A stretch of 63,994 bases of DNA, the filler included, from Reticulomyxa filosa (Eukaryota > Protista > Foraminifera), in assembly GCA_000512085.1 (NCBI GenBank). It is 22 parts of 22 records of this genome, joined end to end, with 100 filler letters (N's around TTAATTAATTAA, not from the genome) between each part and the next. Parts side by side here need not be neighbours in the genome. Positions count along the whole stretch, not along the records: positions 11,099 to 14,402 come from ASPP01007681.1; positions 14,503 to 15,669 come from ASPP01045970.1; positions 15,770 to 16,822 come from ASPP01029573.1; positions 16,923 to 20,704 come from ASPP01012886.1; positions 20,805 to 22,902 come from ASPP01020359.1; positions 23,003 to 26,048 come from ASPP01022169.1; 16 more parts are not named here. One strand, written 5' to 3'. Each line of letters starts with the position of its first letter. The first letter of the stretch is position 1. Below are positions 11,871 to 24,831 of the stretch, piece by piece. A program made the translations under genes and the position numbers. The notes under the pieces are model-generated. The model worked only from the letters and a program-made list of their open reading frames with translations. It did not search any database and was not told the origin of the DNA.

Positions 11871-12519
11871 CTTTTTTGCCTTGATTTGCCCGTATCCTTT
11901 TTTTTTTTAACTAAAGGTTGCTTCTTTTTTTTCTTTCGTACGCGAGTATTACTCTAGCACCATACTTGTTTTGATTTGTTTTTGTAAAGGAAATGCTTTT
12001 AGTTGATTTGTAAATAAAAGAATTGCTTTTATGATTTGTGAAGAAAAGGATTGGTCTTTGATTGTCAGCAGCTTTATAATTAACTTTCTTCCTTACTTTG
12101 TTTAAGGCATTGTTCGTTCTCTTTCATGGCAAATAATTGCACAAAAACAAAGTTATGAAATATAGTATATGCTTATTACTATTAATTCATACTTTTATTG
12201 GGCTATTTTATGATCCAGAACAGAAAGGAAACTTAATAGTGTATTCATGTATACTCTTTTACAAAAAAATGCTTGTCAAATTTTTAAATATCCTTTTTTA
12301 ATTATTTTTTAAAATAAAGATTATTTCATCTTTTAAAAAAAATTTATTGTTTGTCCGTGTGAGTTATGTAATCTCCAGATTTGGATTGTTTCGTTATAAA
12401 AACGTGTTACAGTTGTATCACTATCTAGTGAAACATCCACACACACACACATACACACGCATTATCATACAGGATATCCTTCTAATCTCTGTACTTCATA
12501 TCCCATTATTGCATCCCAC

Positions 12520-13225
12520 AATCGAATTGTCAATCACTTAAACACGATACAATTGTTTGACCGTCTGAAAAATATTGCACATCTTCCACGTTATTTGAAT
12601 GGCCTCTTAATAGTTTTAATTCTTTTCCTGGATTCCACATCCCATATTCGATCCATTCTTATCATCTGAACATGAAATAGCAAATTGACTATCTGGAGAA
12701 AATCATACTCGTATTACAAAATGACCATGTCCTTTCAATTGCTTCAAATTCCCACCTGATTTTACATTCCATAGACAAATTGTTTGATCATCTAAACCTG
12801 CTACGATACAGTTACCATCTGGAGAATAATTCACATCCCACACATAATGTGAGCATCCCTCAAATCTCATCAATTCGTTTCCTGACTTTACATCCCAAAA
12901 TCGAATTGTATTATCATTTGAATATGATACGATAGTACTTCCATCTGGTGAAAATCTTGCATCATTAACATCATAAGAATGCTCATTGAAAAGTTGGAGT
13001 TGTTTACAAAATGTCCCCCGTAAAATCTTCAACAATCGAAAAGAGTTTGCCTGTATTGAACGAGATTGCTAACGACAGCAAACGCATAATTTCAATTAAC
13101 ATACAAAAAAAACTAACATATTCGACAACAATTTTATCAAAATCATGAATTCACTCCATTTTGTTATTCGACACACTGGCCCAATTTTGAATTATCAGTT
13201 TTATTTCTTTTTCTGGCTGTTTTGT
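12520..13225 (-). pseudogene. WD40-repeat pseudogene of a lineage-expanded family
   Basis: EKEIKLIIQNW...ME*IHDFDKIVVEY (TGA replaces the conserved Trp); FSPDG..IVS.S.D.TIRFWD repeats; in-frame stop at 12703 followed by a frameshift. Confidence 0.85.
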
Positions 13226-14334
13226 TGTTGCTCAATACAAGACAATGCGTTTGCGTTTAATAGTGGAATTGCAAAGTATTTGTGAAATACTGAAGGAAAC
13301 GTGCCAAGTTATTGTTGATTTTTTTCGTTACTTCATGCTTTCAATCTTTTTTTTCTGTATAATCACAAATTGATCTTGGTACTGTAAAAATAACCTAGCT
13401 TTTTTATTCAAATAGTATTCATTTGTGTCCCTTGTTTTATACTTTCTTTGATTAACTGTCCTTTTTAAAAAAAAATTGTGCAAAGTGTAACACGAAAGGT
13501 TGTTCTCTTGGGCAATTCTTATAGTAATAGTTATTATCCCTCATATGTTGCCTTTTCATGAATAACTTTCAAAGTTTGCAAAATTAATTTTTTTAAAATA
13601 ATATCTTACAAGTTGTGGGAATCAAAAATATATTCGAATTGGAAAATTACAAAAAAATAGCGCAGATCTTGAGTCACTTCAAAGAGAGTCGATTACGTGT
13701 AAAAAATGCTTTTTGTGGAATTGACCGGATTTTATGAGAGAAAAAAGCATCTTTTACCTCCTCTGTTTGCAATGACAGGATAAGTTCGCTGACATTGTTG
13801 TTTATTTGTTTGAAAAAAAAAACAATAAAAAACAGTACTTTCTACACGCACACAACTGAGAAACTGTTCATTTATTCCATACAAACAAACACCTTGAGAA
13901 AACTTAACATCACAAGGGAGACACCAATAGTTGTACCCAAGCGATGTTTAAAGGCTTTTCAAACACCATTGTTCTACATTTATCGTGCAGCAAATCCAAC
14001 AACCAACACAAAAAAACAAATCCAAAAAAAAAAAAAAAAAAAAGAAGTTGAGAATTTTCTTCTCTTCCCTCTCCCCTTTTTTCCCCGTTTCTCTCCCTCA
14101 CATTCTACTCAACGTGCTTGCAAAAAAAAAGCCCGTATTATTTGGTGGTATATTTTGGTTGTGAGTTGGCATGGTAGGCTTCTGGACGAGACCAGATGTT
14201 ACTGTTCTGTTTGGGAAGCTCTGACTGCGCTCGCACTCGTTGGAATTTCGATTCGTTGGACTTTGACACAGAAGAGTTTGCATCCGTGTCATTGCTGCGT
14301 TTTCATTCAAGCTTATCTCTCTTGATGTTTGAGC

Positions 14335-14395
<61 letters not shown>

Positions 14396-14400
14396 GTTAT
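14335..14400. repeat. (TAT)n microsatellite at contig end
   Basis: Visible triplet run. Confidence 0.95.
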
Positions 14401-14599
14401 TTNNNNNNNNNNNNNNNNNNNNNNNNNNNNNNNNNNNNNNNNNNNNTTAATTAATTAANNNNNNNNNNNNNNNNNNNNNNNNNNNNNNNNNNNNNNNNNN
14501 NNCCAAAATGGCAATTCAATATTCACATACTTTTTTGATTGCTGTAAGTGTTTTAATTTTTTTTTTAATTTGTTAAAAGAAATGGATTGAATCTCAATA

Positions 14600-15669
14600 T
14601 TTTAGGAGACTTCAACTCTTCGAAAACAAGTCTCAGAGGATTCGGTTGAGCATTAGCATTGCTACTGTAATTCCCCTTGACCATTCCAGGGAAGAGCCAA
14701 AATTGTTTTCACAACTCGCCATTCAACCTTTGAGATTTAAATTTTTTTTTTTGGTATTTTGAAGTTTAATTAAAACTTGAAATTTAATTTTTTTTCACTT
14801 ATTGTGTCGATTGTGTGTGAGCCTGAGAATTTTTTGTGGATCTTTTCCTTTATTTTGTTTTTTTTAGAGTACTTTGTTCCTTTTGGGACGAGGTGCTCAT
14901 TTTAACTAGGATAAGATCTCATTCTTGCTAAAAAAAACTTGTGACTCCTTTGTATGAACATAAGTATGTCAAATCTGTCAGGATTGGGAATAGGTACAAT
15001 ATTTGCCTTTTTCCATTCAATTGGCATATATCCCATTCGGAAACTCCATCCAAATAGGAATACCAACGAATCAATCATCGCATTGCCACATCGTCAGTAT
15101 TCTGATCCAACCAGATGATGAGCATTCCAATCTCCTCCAATGATTTTAATTCTTGTTGCAGATTTCGATAGAATAATAATGATCAGGACAAGAGATTTCG
15201 ATGTCCTTCTTCGATCTAAATCCTTCTTGCAATAAACAGATATGGGGCTGCTTATAGTGTAAGTTTTGCTATATTATTTTGGAATACTACTGATCATAGA
15301 TCTGTTTGCATATTGGTATTCTTATGTTAATTCTTGATCTATTTACAATTCTTTGTTTACCATCTTGGTTTTCTTTTTGTTCGATTTGTCCAAATTGAAT
15401 AAGTTGTTATTCGCCGATATCGACTGTAAAATGAACAAATAAATAATGTACGGAAATTTCCAAAGGTCCATGCAAAAATAGTTAAAGAAAAACAATAAAA
15501 TTAATCTGTTGAGATTGAAATTTGCTTGAAAAACTTGAAAAAAAAAATTTCTCTTGGTATCGATCACGAACTTTGCTGCCTTAACAACTTTGATTCTAAT
15601 ATCTGGTTTCCACGCTCGATCCCCATTTCATCGACAAGGACAGTACATTGATATCTGGAAGCAATGTCT
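14600..15669. mobile_element. Heavily deleted and rearranged non-LTR (APE-RT LINE) retrotransposon relic
   Basis: Minus strand: ORF2 tail (15545-15669, matching 28530-28655), ORF1 piece (15418-15465, matching 29508-29550), APE motifs QPHICLLQEG (~15206-15258) and IIGGDWNAHH (~15116-15144), RT-proximal FRMGYMPIEWKKANIVPIPNP (14977-15057). Plus strand: post-RT-like RRLQLFENK...QLAIQPL and a 3'UTR-like stretch resembling 28720-28820. Confidence 0.85.
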
Positions 15670-16278
15670 NNNNNNNNNNNNNNNNNNNNNNNNNNNNNNN
15701 NNNNNNNNNNNNNTTAATTAATTAANNNNNNNNNNNNNNNNNNNNNNNNNNNNNNNNNNNNNNNNNNNNCAACACAATGTATTTTGTTCAAGGAAGAACT
15801 TCTTATTTGTGGGAGTACTAATACTAACTACTGCTATTCGTGTCATACTATGAAAAAACAATAGATACGTCATTGGCTTCTTCTTTGGATTCTTATTCAT
15901 ATTTCAAAGTTTGCTCATCACATTTTGGACTAGAACATTTTTTAAATGAAATTGATAAATATTCTTTAAATTAATTTGTTATAAAGATAAATGTCATTTA
16001 CTTGGAAAAAATCCAAATAACAAAATATTACAATTGGAACAAGTTTTTTTCCATTATCGACAAAAGAAATTTATAGGTTTTATCTTAGCCTTTTTGTTTT
16101 CCACCATTACTTGTCCTGAACTGCTGTGATGATTAACAGTATATCCAACAAATAACTATTTTTACTTTCTCCGACAACCAAACAAACTTTTGACATTGGT
16201 TCAATATTATTGTTTTAGTCTTGCGATGCACTCGAATTAGTAGTTTATAATTTCATTATTTTAAAACAAAGACAAAAG

Positions 16279-16822
16279 ATGAAAAACTTACCTTCATTTC
16301 AAACCTTGCACTCTTTGTCAGGAAGCTTTTATCAAGCTCGATGTTTTGCTCAAAAACACGAGACTCTCATCTGTGGACAAGGTAACTGTTACTCCTATTT
16401 TATTCCAGAAAAAATATACAAATCGATTTGTCAGTTGCCAAGTGAATATCTACACGAAGATTGTCATATACTAAAACTTCCAAATAAAAATTATTCAAAA
16501 GAAACTATATTATGGTCATTTGATAGATCTGGGCGTATTTTGGTGATGAATTATGTCAGTGTTTGGAAAAAAAGAGTAATAGAAAAACAACAGGTTATAA
16601 TGAAATTCTTTCATAAACAGTGACAAAGAGCCAATTTGTGTCACCAAAAAACATTATTCTTATCGAGTAAGTACAGTAATTGAAGGAAGTAATAATCATT
16701 TGTTGTTTATTATCTATTATAAATTTATTGATATGTTTGATTTAAATACCTGTAAATATGTTGCTAATGTTCAACAATTGGGTCATTATTCAGATATTGT
16801 TAACAATGCAAAGTTCTCATCT
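16279..16822 (+). pseudogene. Degenerate kelch-like beta-propeller family member, ending in a WD40-like fragment
   Basis: FQTL.SL...C..KHETLICG...CYSY....YKSIC..P...ILVMNYVSVW, then stops and frameshifts, GSNNHLLFI..IDMFDLNT, then QQLGH..DIVNNAKFSS. Confidence 0.7.
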
Positions 16823-16961
16823 NNNNNNNNNNNNNNNNNNNNNNNNNNNNNNNNNNNNNNNNNNNNTTAATTAATTAANNNNNNNNNNNNNNNNNNNNNN
16901 NNNNNNNNNNNNNNNNNNNNNNACAAACAAAAAAAAAAAAAAAATTCTTATTCTTTTAAAC

Positions 16962-17708
16962 TTCACACTTAAACGCTTGCATCAAAGCATCTCCGCAGAC
17001 CAAATATTCGCATCGGTCCAACTTTCCTCCGACAATCAACAGAGAACACTTGCCGGCTCCAATGCCCAACTTCACTCGCAATGCTGGGTCCTCTTGTCCA
17101 TTCTTTCGCTTCTGGTTTTCTGTTATTCGAGCTCCTGCCAGCTTCATCACGCCGTACTCGTTTTGAATGTCCAACGCACACTTGGCTGCCAAGTGCGTCA
17201 GTTGTTGCAATTCCTTCTCTTGCTTCTCCATGTCCTCAAATACTTGTGGGTCGGGCAGCCATACGCATAATAATGCGTCACCGGCAAACTTCACAACGTC
17301 GCCTCCAAAAGCGATTATTTTTTTCACTTTTTTTTTTTTTTTTTTTTTTTTGTTCCTCCTTTCGTAGTTTGATTGGGTACATATTACTCTTTGAAAATTT
17401 ATGTGTGCGTATTTCTTACCTATTTGTCCCAGATAAGAATTAATATGCTGTGGCAACTCTTCTGTTCCGCGGGTCCCTTTTGCTGCCAATGCCTGCGACA
17501 TTGCTGTGAAACCGCTCACATCGGCAAACAATGCCGCTGAGTAAAACGTTTTGCAATATGGAACTACCAGTCTGTCGTTTCGGTGCAGTGCGTGTTTCAC
17601 AATCTCGGGCACAAATGAAGTCAGTCCCTGCGCATACACTTCACTTATCTCTTCTTCTTGCCCTGGAAAGGATGTCATCTTTTGCAGAGATGGATCTATC
17701 GTTGTCAT
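16962..17708 (-). CDS. Soluble adenylyl cyclase (ADCY10-like class III cyclase), N-terminal C1 domain, 3'-truncated; intron 17327-17419
   Basis: LFADVSGFTAMS...GTEEL...INSYLGQI|VKKIIAFGGDVVKFAGDALLCVW...LRVKLGIGAG, closely paralleling the sAC C1 domain. Confidence 0.88.
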
Positions 17709-18127
17709 TCTCTTTGTAATTTGGATTATGACCAAACGTTTTTCCCTCGCTCACTTTTACAACCCGACCGGGTTGTTTACACACCAATCTGTTGATTACC
17801 ACCTAGAGTTAGTCAATTTTTATCATTTGCACTTCTGAACCACTCTTAAGTTCTTTGCCAAGAATTAAACTATTTTCAAAACCTTATTAAAACGGACTAC
17901 ATATACACTATACACAAGGGATTTATCAAGATCTGAGTACAGTTTTTTTCCTAAATTGAATACTGCATCTGCGCAGTAATATTATCATCACAATACTTAC
18001 AAATTCTTCAAAACATTAAAAAATTTCTTAACTTAGGTTCCGTCAGAGTTTTTTTTAAGTCCTGGTCGGGCGTGGTTGTAATGTCTTCAAATAGTGGTTT
18101 TTTGTTTTTGAATTGAATCCTTTCGAC

Positions 18128-19539
18128 ATGTCTTATCTGACATTTTTCTTTACATTACTCATTCTTGGCATGGTTATATGGACAATTGGTTTTTTGTTTG
18201 TATGGCCACGTACATACATCAAACAAGGTAAAAGGGAAGCAAAAAACAAATTGATTGAAATTTTGTGTTGTATGTGTTGAAAATCCCAGTTCCATCGACT
18301 TCAACAAATAAAAACGAGCACAAAAAACTAGGCCTTCGTGCGACTGGCGTGGCAGTTCAAAAGATTAGTCGCACTGTGGCAGAATTGGAAAGAAAAACAT
18401 GTTCGGCATGATACATTTGTGTACTTGAAAATTTTTTTGCAAAAAAAAGAAATGTCAATGATGTGTGAGTCCGTTTTCGGAAAAAAAAAAAAAAAAAAAA
18501 GTGCATATGTCGGGAATGCTGTTTCCATTTTCTATCATTTGTTATTGACATTTGTGAGAGGCTTTACAAAATACCACGCCTCAATGATCATGACCTTAAT
18601 GACATCAACATGGATAATATTAGATATGTTACGGGTATACGTTCCAGCAGTGAGGAAAAACTTTCCTCTTACATGTAACAAGCAATGTTTTTTTTTTGTA
18701 TTGTTGTGTGGTGTCACAAACGAACGATCAAATTGCAAATCGCACTGATACACATGTCGTTGCTTGCGTATACAAATAATTATTTAAAAAAAAAAAAAAA
18801 AAAACTCACTGATGAACACACGAACGAACGAGTGAACAAGTATAAATAAATAATAAAACATATATACAAATATATAATATATGTACGCGAAATGGCAACG
18901 CAATAGCTATTGCGAGAGAGCATGAGTTGCATCACATATCAGGAGTGTCTTATTTTATGACTGGATGTTGGCTATCTGTTATGTTCTTTCCTCCAAAAAT
19001 TGCAATGACAGCCATCAGTATGTTACAAATAAGATTAATTCTTTGTGACAAATCAATTGGGTTGTTATACATTATATACATATATTATATACATAATATA
19101 TATATATATATATGCATGTATATGTATATGTATATTTATGTATATATTTGTATATGTATGTGTGTTTATGTGTCAATGCGTAGTGTTTTTGATTTTGGGT
19201 GATATGAGTGCTGCCATATTTGGAATATCATTTGGAAAAGTAAAAATTGGAAAAAAGTCATTGGAAGGAACTTTGGCAATGTTTTCGGTTTGCTTTGTTG
19301 TTGGAATTAATATGTTTTGGAATATTCATATGCGAGAATATCCTGTCATTCTCGCGTCACTTGTTGCTGCTTTGACTGAGTTAATTGAGCCTTGGGGAAT
19401 TAATGACAACTTGACCATCCCCTTCTTTTCTTGCTTGGCGTTGCAATTTGGGTTTCATCGCATTGCGACGTGCGATCGAAATTGGGATGTTTGGAGTTTG
19501 TTAGACCCATCTGTTGTGGAAAACTTGGTCAGTCATTGA
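18128..19539 (+). CDS. CTP-dependent lipid kinase (DGK1/phytol/dolichol kinase, cytidylyltransferase family), multi-exon
   Basis: ELERKTLHMSG, LREHELHHISGVSYF, ILGDMSAAIFGISFGKVKIGKKSLEGT and INDNLTIP motifs. One apparent 1-nt indel near 18527. Confidence 0.85.
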
Positions 19540-20083
19540 CACGTTTTTGTATTTTAACAAGTCATTGTCAGTATTTAACCATGTCGTATGTTGATACACA
19601 TTTTTTTTGTTTTATTCTTCGTGTGTTTCGTCTCTTTTCTATTCAAACACAAAAAAAAATCGCTTGATGTGGTATGTTGTCTTGCCTTGGTTTAGGTTGT
19701 TTTTTTTTTGACGACATCCACCACAAAACAAAAAAAAAAAAGGAAACTTTCATGTGCCATTTGAGATTATGTGATTCTATTGGTTTACATGATCTCTTTT
19801 CCATTGTTTCTTTCTTTCTGCCTTTCTCGATTTTCGTCTCAAAAAATTCAAAACGTCGCCCAGTTTTACATTTACTAACAAGAGTTCAAAAATGAAAAAT
19901 AACAAATCAAATTTACCTTTTCTTTTCTTTAGGTGTGCATTAAACGGTTTCGGACCTTATGTTTTCATTTTTTTTCATGTCGGTGTAAAACACGCCCAAT
20001 TGAATGATAATTCTTGAACTCTTTTCTCAGTTGACAAAAAAAAATAAATTGTACCCGTTGAAGGGACTGGTACTTATTTCATC

Positions 20084-20663
20084 ATGTTGTTCACATTACT
20101 TGTGTATGCATGCCTTTTTAAAACACTATTATGTAAAATATCAGAAGGAACCTTGGAAGTAGTAAATGAAGATGTAGATAGTTCTGCGTCGGAAAAGGTG
20201 ACAGTGGAAGTGGGCACAACAGACGACCTGCCAAAAATCAATGTTCAGTCTCAAATGTTATGGGCGACTCCCGTCGAAGTACTGAACCTGTCGACGGCAA
20301 CGGATGGAATTGAGCCAGCAAGTTTCCATCAGAACTTGGCGAAATATGGGATCGAAATGTACGAGCAATTCGTGGGTCTTTATTTGAGTAATAAAATCCG
20401 AATGAAGGGAATAGCCGAAGACACACCGATAAATGATCGATTTTATCACTTTCAAAGGCATTTATTCGAGATACATCAATTGCATCACAACCAATCAGAG
20501 AAGCAAGGTAGTCACAATATTCAAGTGCCATTCGAAGTGGTGCAACTGCAAGCGCGCATCTACGAACTCGTCTATCAATACTTTTACAGATATGGTGTCT
20601 ATATTCAGTTGCAACAATTGGTCGAACAGCGTGTTTTCGTTTGGTGCTCTGTCTATCATGACG
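20084..20663 (+). CDS. Secreted protein, possibly a TIGR02466-type 2OG-Fe(II) oxygenase, 3'-truncated
   Basis: Signal peptide; LWATPV and VFVWCSVYHDG resemble the family's N-terminal and pre-HxH motifs. The catalytic part lies beyond the contig end. Confidence 0.45.
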
Positions 20664-20672
20664 GTAATAATG

Positions 20673-20704
<32 letters not shown>

Positions 20705-20947
20705 NNNNNNNNNNNNNNNNNNNNNNNNNNNNNNNNNNNNNNNNNNNNTTAATTAATTAANNNNNNNNNNNNNNNNNNNNNNNNNNNNNNNNNNNNNNNN
20801 NNNNGATCAAGAATTGATTGTTAGTCCTTTTATATATATATATTTTTTTTTTTTTAATATCTTTTTCTTAATAGTTTAATGATTTGTGCAAAAAAGAAAG
20901 ACTTTGTGTATATGTCTATGTGTATATCCACACACACACACACAAAA

Positions 20948-21049
20948 GATAAAACCAGCAGAAAAATCCAAACGTATAATTGAAGCATATAAAAAAGACT
21001 ATCGATTTATGAAGAACACAAAAACGATCTCGAAAAAAAACAAAAAGAA

Positions 21050-21092
<43 letters not shown>

Positions 21093-22458
21093 TGGCGAAT
21101 GCACATGAAAATAAAGAACCCATAACTGCAGCTGCAGAGTCTCAGTCACAAACGCAGCTATCATCACATTCGCAATCACAATCACAATCACAACCTCAAC
21201 TGCAAGCGCAATCACAATTGCAATTGCAAGCACAACCACAGCCATCATCGCCCTCGACACAAGCACAAGCACAAACACAAACACAAATGCAAGAGCAAGA
21301 GCAAGAGCAAGCATCGACGAGCGAAAAAGAGACGGTAGATGAAGACAACGATGTAGTAATGAAGGACGTGCACACCGCAAACGCTCTGGCGAAAAAGGAA
21401 GACGACGCCAATAGCGCGACAGAGGAGGGCGAAGAAGTAGATCCACTGATCAAGGCCACCGCCACCATCGAAATGCTAATCGCAGAGAGACACGCCATGC
21501 TCAGGAAAAAAAAGGACGGCGAACAGCACAAAGATACGGACACCGACACTGACAGAGGTAGAGATCGAGATAGAGAACGAGATAGAGAGCGAGATCGAGA
21601 TAGAAATAGGGACAGAGATAGAGATAGAGATAGAGACAGAGACAGAGACAGAGAAGAGATCGAGATCGTGAAAAAGAAAAGGACAAAGATAATCGAAACA
21701 AAGGCGATAGACATGGCAACAAGAGAAGAAATCGAGATCGAGACAGAGATAGAGGCCGGGAGAGAAGTAAAAGCAAGAGCAAAAGCGACAGCAAAAATAG
21801 ACACAATGAAAAACGAAAAGACAAAGATGCCGATCGCGATCGAGCAAAAGAAAAAAGCCGAGATGAAAAAGTGAGAAAGCACATCAGTAGCCGGACCAAA
21901 AGTCGAAGCAAAAATAATCGTAGTCGCAGTCGCAGTCGCAGTCGTAGTCATAGTCGTAGTCGTAGTCGTAGCCATGGCCGCAGTCCTAGTCAAAGTCACA
22001 CGGGCAGCCAACCACAAAGTCGGAGTGGAACACGAAGTTCCAGTCGAAGACGTGACGACACAAAAAAAAGTTTACCTATTACACAACAAAACAAACTTGT
22101 TTGAGAGAAGAGAAATAACATGCAAATCCGATGTGGAAAAACAGATGTCTCACCCCGTTCCGATTCGAAGCAACATCGTGTCTCGGAACAAATACTTTCC
22201 CAATCGAAACAGTCTACGCCAACTCCTGTTGCGCTTGGACCATCCACTTCAACAACAACAACAACAACAACAGCAACAACAGCGACAACAGCGACAACAA
22301 TGTCAGCTGTCACAGGAATGGCCACAACAGCAACAACAAATGCAGCAGCTGCAGCAATGACAACTCCAATGTCAAAATCCATACCAATGCCAATGGCTGG
22401 GCAAATGTCAACCGCCACGACAATGTCCATGTCCACACCGACAACTGCAAATGCCACA

Positions 22459-22494
<36 letters not shown>

Positions 22495-22902
22495 CTATCG
22501 TCGTCAATTTCAATCGCAACACCAAATTTACACACACCATCCACAACCATAAACACGACAGCAACTGTAGCTACTCCAATGCAAGTCTTCAAAACCAATG
22601 ATAACTCCATGAGCAAGCTGGAGCTGGCTGCTAATGAAAAAACAAATAGCTTCAGTGAGTCAAAGGGGTCCAAAATGTCCATTTCGTTTGGATTGAAAAC
22701 AAATCCACTGGTATTTAATTATATAACATATATATATGCATATATATATATATATGTATAAATGTATATATTTCTTGATGTACATATACCTAGCGAAACG
22801 ATCTTCGTTATCCTTATCTGGCGTATTTGGAAACAATGACTCATCGGAAACAAATGGCTCATCGAAAAAGACCAAAACTCAAGAAAAGGCCAGCACAACT
22901 TC
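20948..22902 (+). CDS. Low-complexity RD/RS-repeat (SR-like) protein fragment with a Ser/Thr-rich region
   Basis: Gln/Ser-rich, (DR)n and (RS)n tracts across ORFs 21092, 21871 and 22120, joined by introns or indels in repeats. Confidence 0.6.
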
Positions 22903-23002
22903 NNNNNNNNNNNNNNNNNNNNNNNNNNNNNNNNNNNNNNNNNNNNTTAATTAATTAANNNNNNNNNNNNNNNNNNNNNNNNNNNNNNNNNNNNNNNNNN
23001 NN

Positions 23003-23105
23003 ATTAAAAGGACATTCTGAAAGTGTTTTAGGAATTGACTTTTCACCTGATGGTAATATTATTGTGTCATGCTCTTATGACGGTACAATTCGATTGTGGG
23101 GATGA
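23003..23105 (+). CDS. 3' end of a WD40 protein (tandem paralog of the next gene)
   Basis: [33 protein letters not shown]. Confidence 0.85.
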
Positions 23106-23481
23106 GTCATTGTGTAAACAAAAACATAAATAAGTTTGTAACAATTTAAATGTAAAATGGGAATAATGTCACTTCCCGATTTAGAATGAATCTTTTTTTA
23201 TTCAACTTTATTGTTTAAGCAGAATTTTCTAATGGTCAAGTCAATAAAATTTCACAAGAAAAGATTCAAAAGAAGCTGCCTGGTCATAGCTACAAAATCA
23301 AAAAGCGTAAAAAAAATGTCCAAACAAACAAAAAACTATAATTCCAATTTGACGAATTTTTATTTAACTAACCCAGAAAAAAAGGGTATCAATTCAATCA
23401 TTGAAGAGTTTTATTTTCGAGCATTTCACAAAGCAAAGGAAAAAATGTTAGCTTTGTCGAATATATTAGGTAACGTTTTCA

Positions 23482-24831
23482 ATGGAAAAGAATGATAAAA
23501 TCACGTATTCTTTTTGTGATACGTGTGCTTCACAAAAAGCCAAGGACAATGCCGTGACTGAGAGTAGCAACTATATTTTAAACAATGATGTTGCGACAAA
23601 TTTAAACAAAGAAAAAAAAAGAAAAAGAAAACGTAGAAAGCGTAAAAGGCGTGGGAGACCAAAAGCAAGATTGCTTAAGGTAAAATTATATGAAACCATC
23701 TTTCATTTGGTGTAGTATAAATATGCATTTCTTTTTATCATCAATAAATCCAGGGAGAACAAAAAATTGCTATTATCTTGGATACTTGGCTTCATTCAAT
23801 GTCAATTACTTTTGGCTGGATTGCCGATTTTAATCGAATCATTGCACAATACGTTCGATTTATATTTATTCATTTTTTTTTTTACTTTGTTGTTTGTTTT
23901 CTGATTACCTCTTCCTTCATTCATTGGTATATTTTCACAGACCAAATGGTTTAAGTTATCGGAGGTGTTGGATGGACATGTAAGATCAGTAAGAAGCGTA
24001 AAATTTTCTTGTGATGGTTCAAGAATCGTTTCATCTTCTTTTGATAATACTGTGCGAATTTGGGATGTCGTATCAGGCAAAATACTCAAAACTCTGGAAG
24101 AACATTCCAATTTTATTTTTCATGCGCAATTTTCTCCTGATGACAATATGGTAATGTCATGTTCAGCGGATTGCACAATTCGATTGTGGGATACAAATTC
24201 TGGAGCCATGATACAAATATTAAAAGGACATACAGGAGCTGTAAAAAGAGGACAATTTTCACCAGATGGAAATATGGTTGTATCATGTTCAGTTGATAGG
24301 ACAATTCGATTATGGAATATAACATCTGGAAAAGTGATAAAAATACTGAATACACACCAAGGCACAATAAATAACGTGCAATTTTCATCAGATGGTCAAA
24401 GTCTTGCGTCTGCCTCACATGATACTACAATTATCATATGGAATATACAGCAAGGTATTCCAATGAAAATATTAAGAGGCCATTCAAGTCTCGTACTGAG
24501 AGCATTATTCTCACAAGATGGTAGTACCATTGTATCTTGCTCAAGTGATAAAACAATTCGAATATGGGATGTAGTATCAGGAAAAGAAATGAAAAAATTC
24601 TTAGGACATACAAATGAGATAAGCGACATACAACTTTCCCCAGATGGACGAACAATTGTTTCATCTTCTCATGACACCACAATTCGGTTCTGGGACGTGA
24701 GATTGCAAGAAGAAATACAAAAATTAGAATTATTTGCATGTGGAGTATTAGGGGTAGATTTTTCACCTGGTGGTGATATAATGATTTCATCATCAACAGA
24801 TCAAAAAATTTTATTGTGGAGTTCAATTTAA
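23482..24831 (+). CDS. WD40 seven-repeat protein with an N-terminal basic/AT-hook segment; exons 23482-23679, 23754-23852, 23941-24831 (395 aa)
   Basis: Two phase-0 GT-AG introns give a continuous frame: KRKRRKRKRRGRPK, family motif IILDTW...GWIADFNRIIAQY, and seven GH..FS.DG..S.S.D.TIR.W repeats. Confidence 0.88.

Noticed and set aside
12703-13150. TGA read as Trp (alternative genetic code)
   Set aside because: One TGA sits at a conserved Trp, but the locus has other lesions, intact genes use TGG, and MTR4 terminates at TGA.
20916-22682. Long antisense ORFs over the RD/RS gene
   Set aside because: Shadow frames produced by triplet and hexamer repeats.
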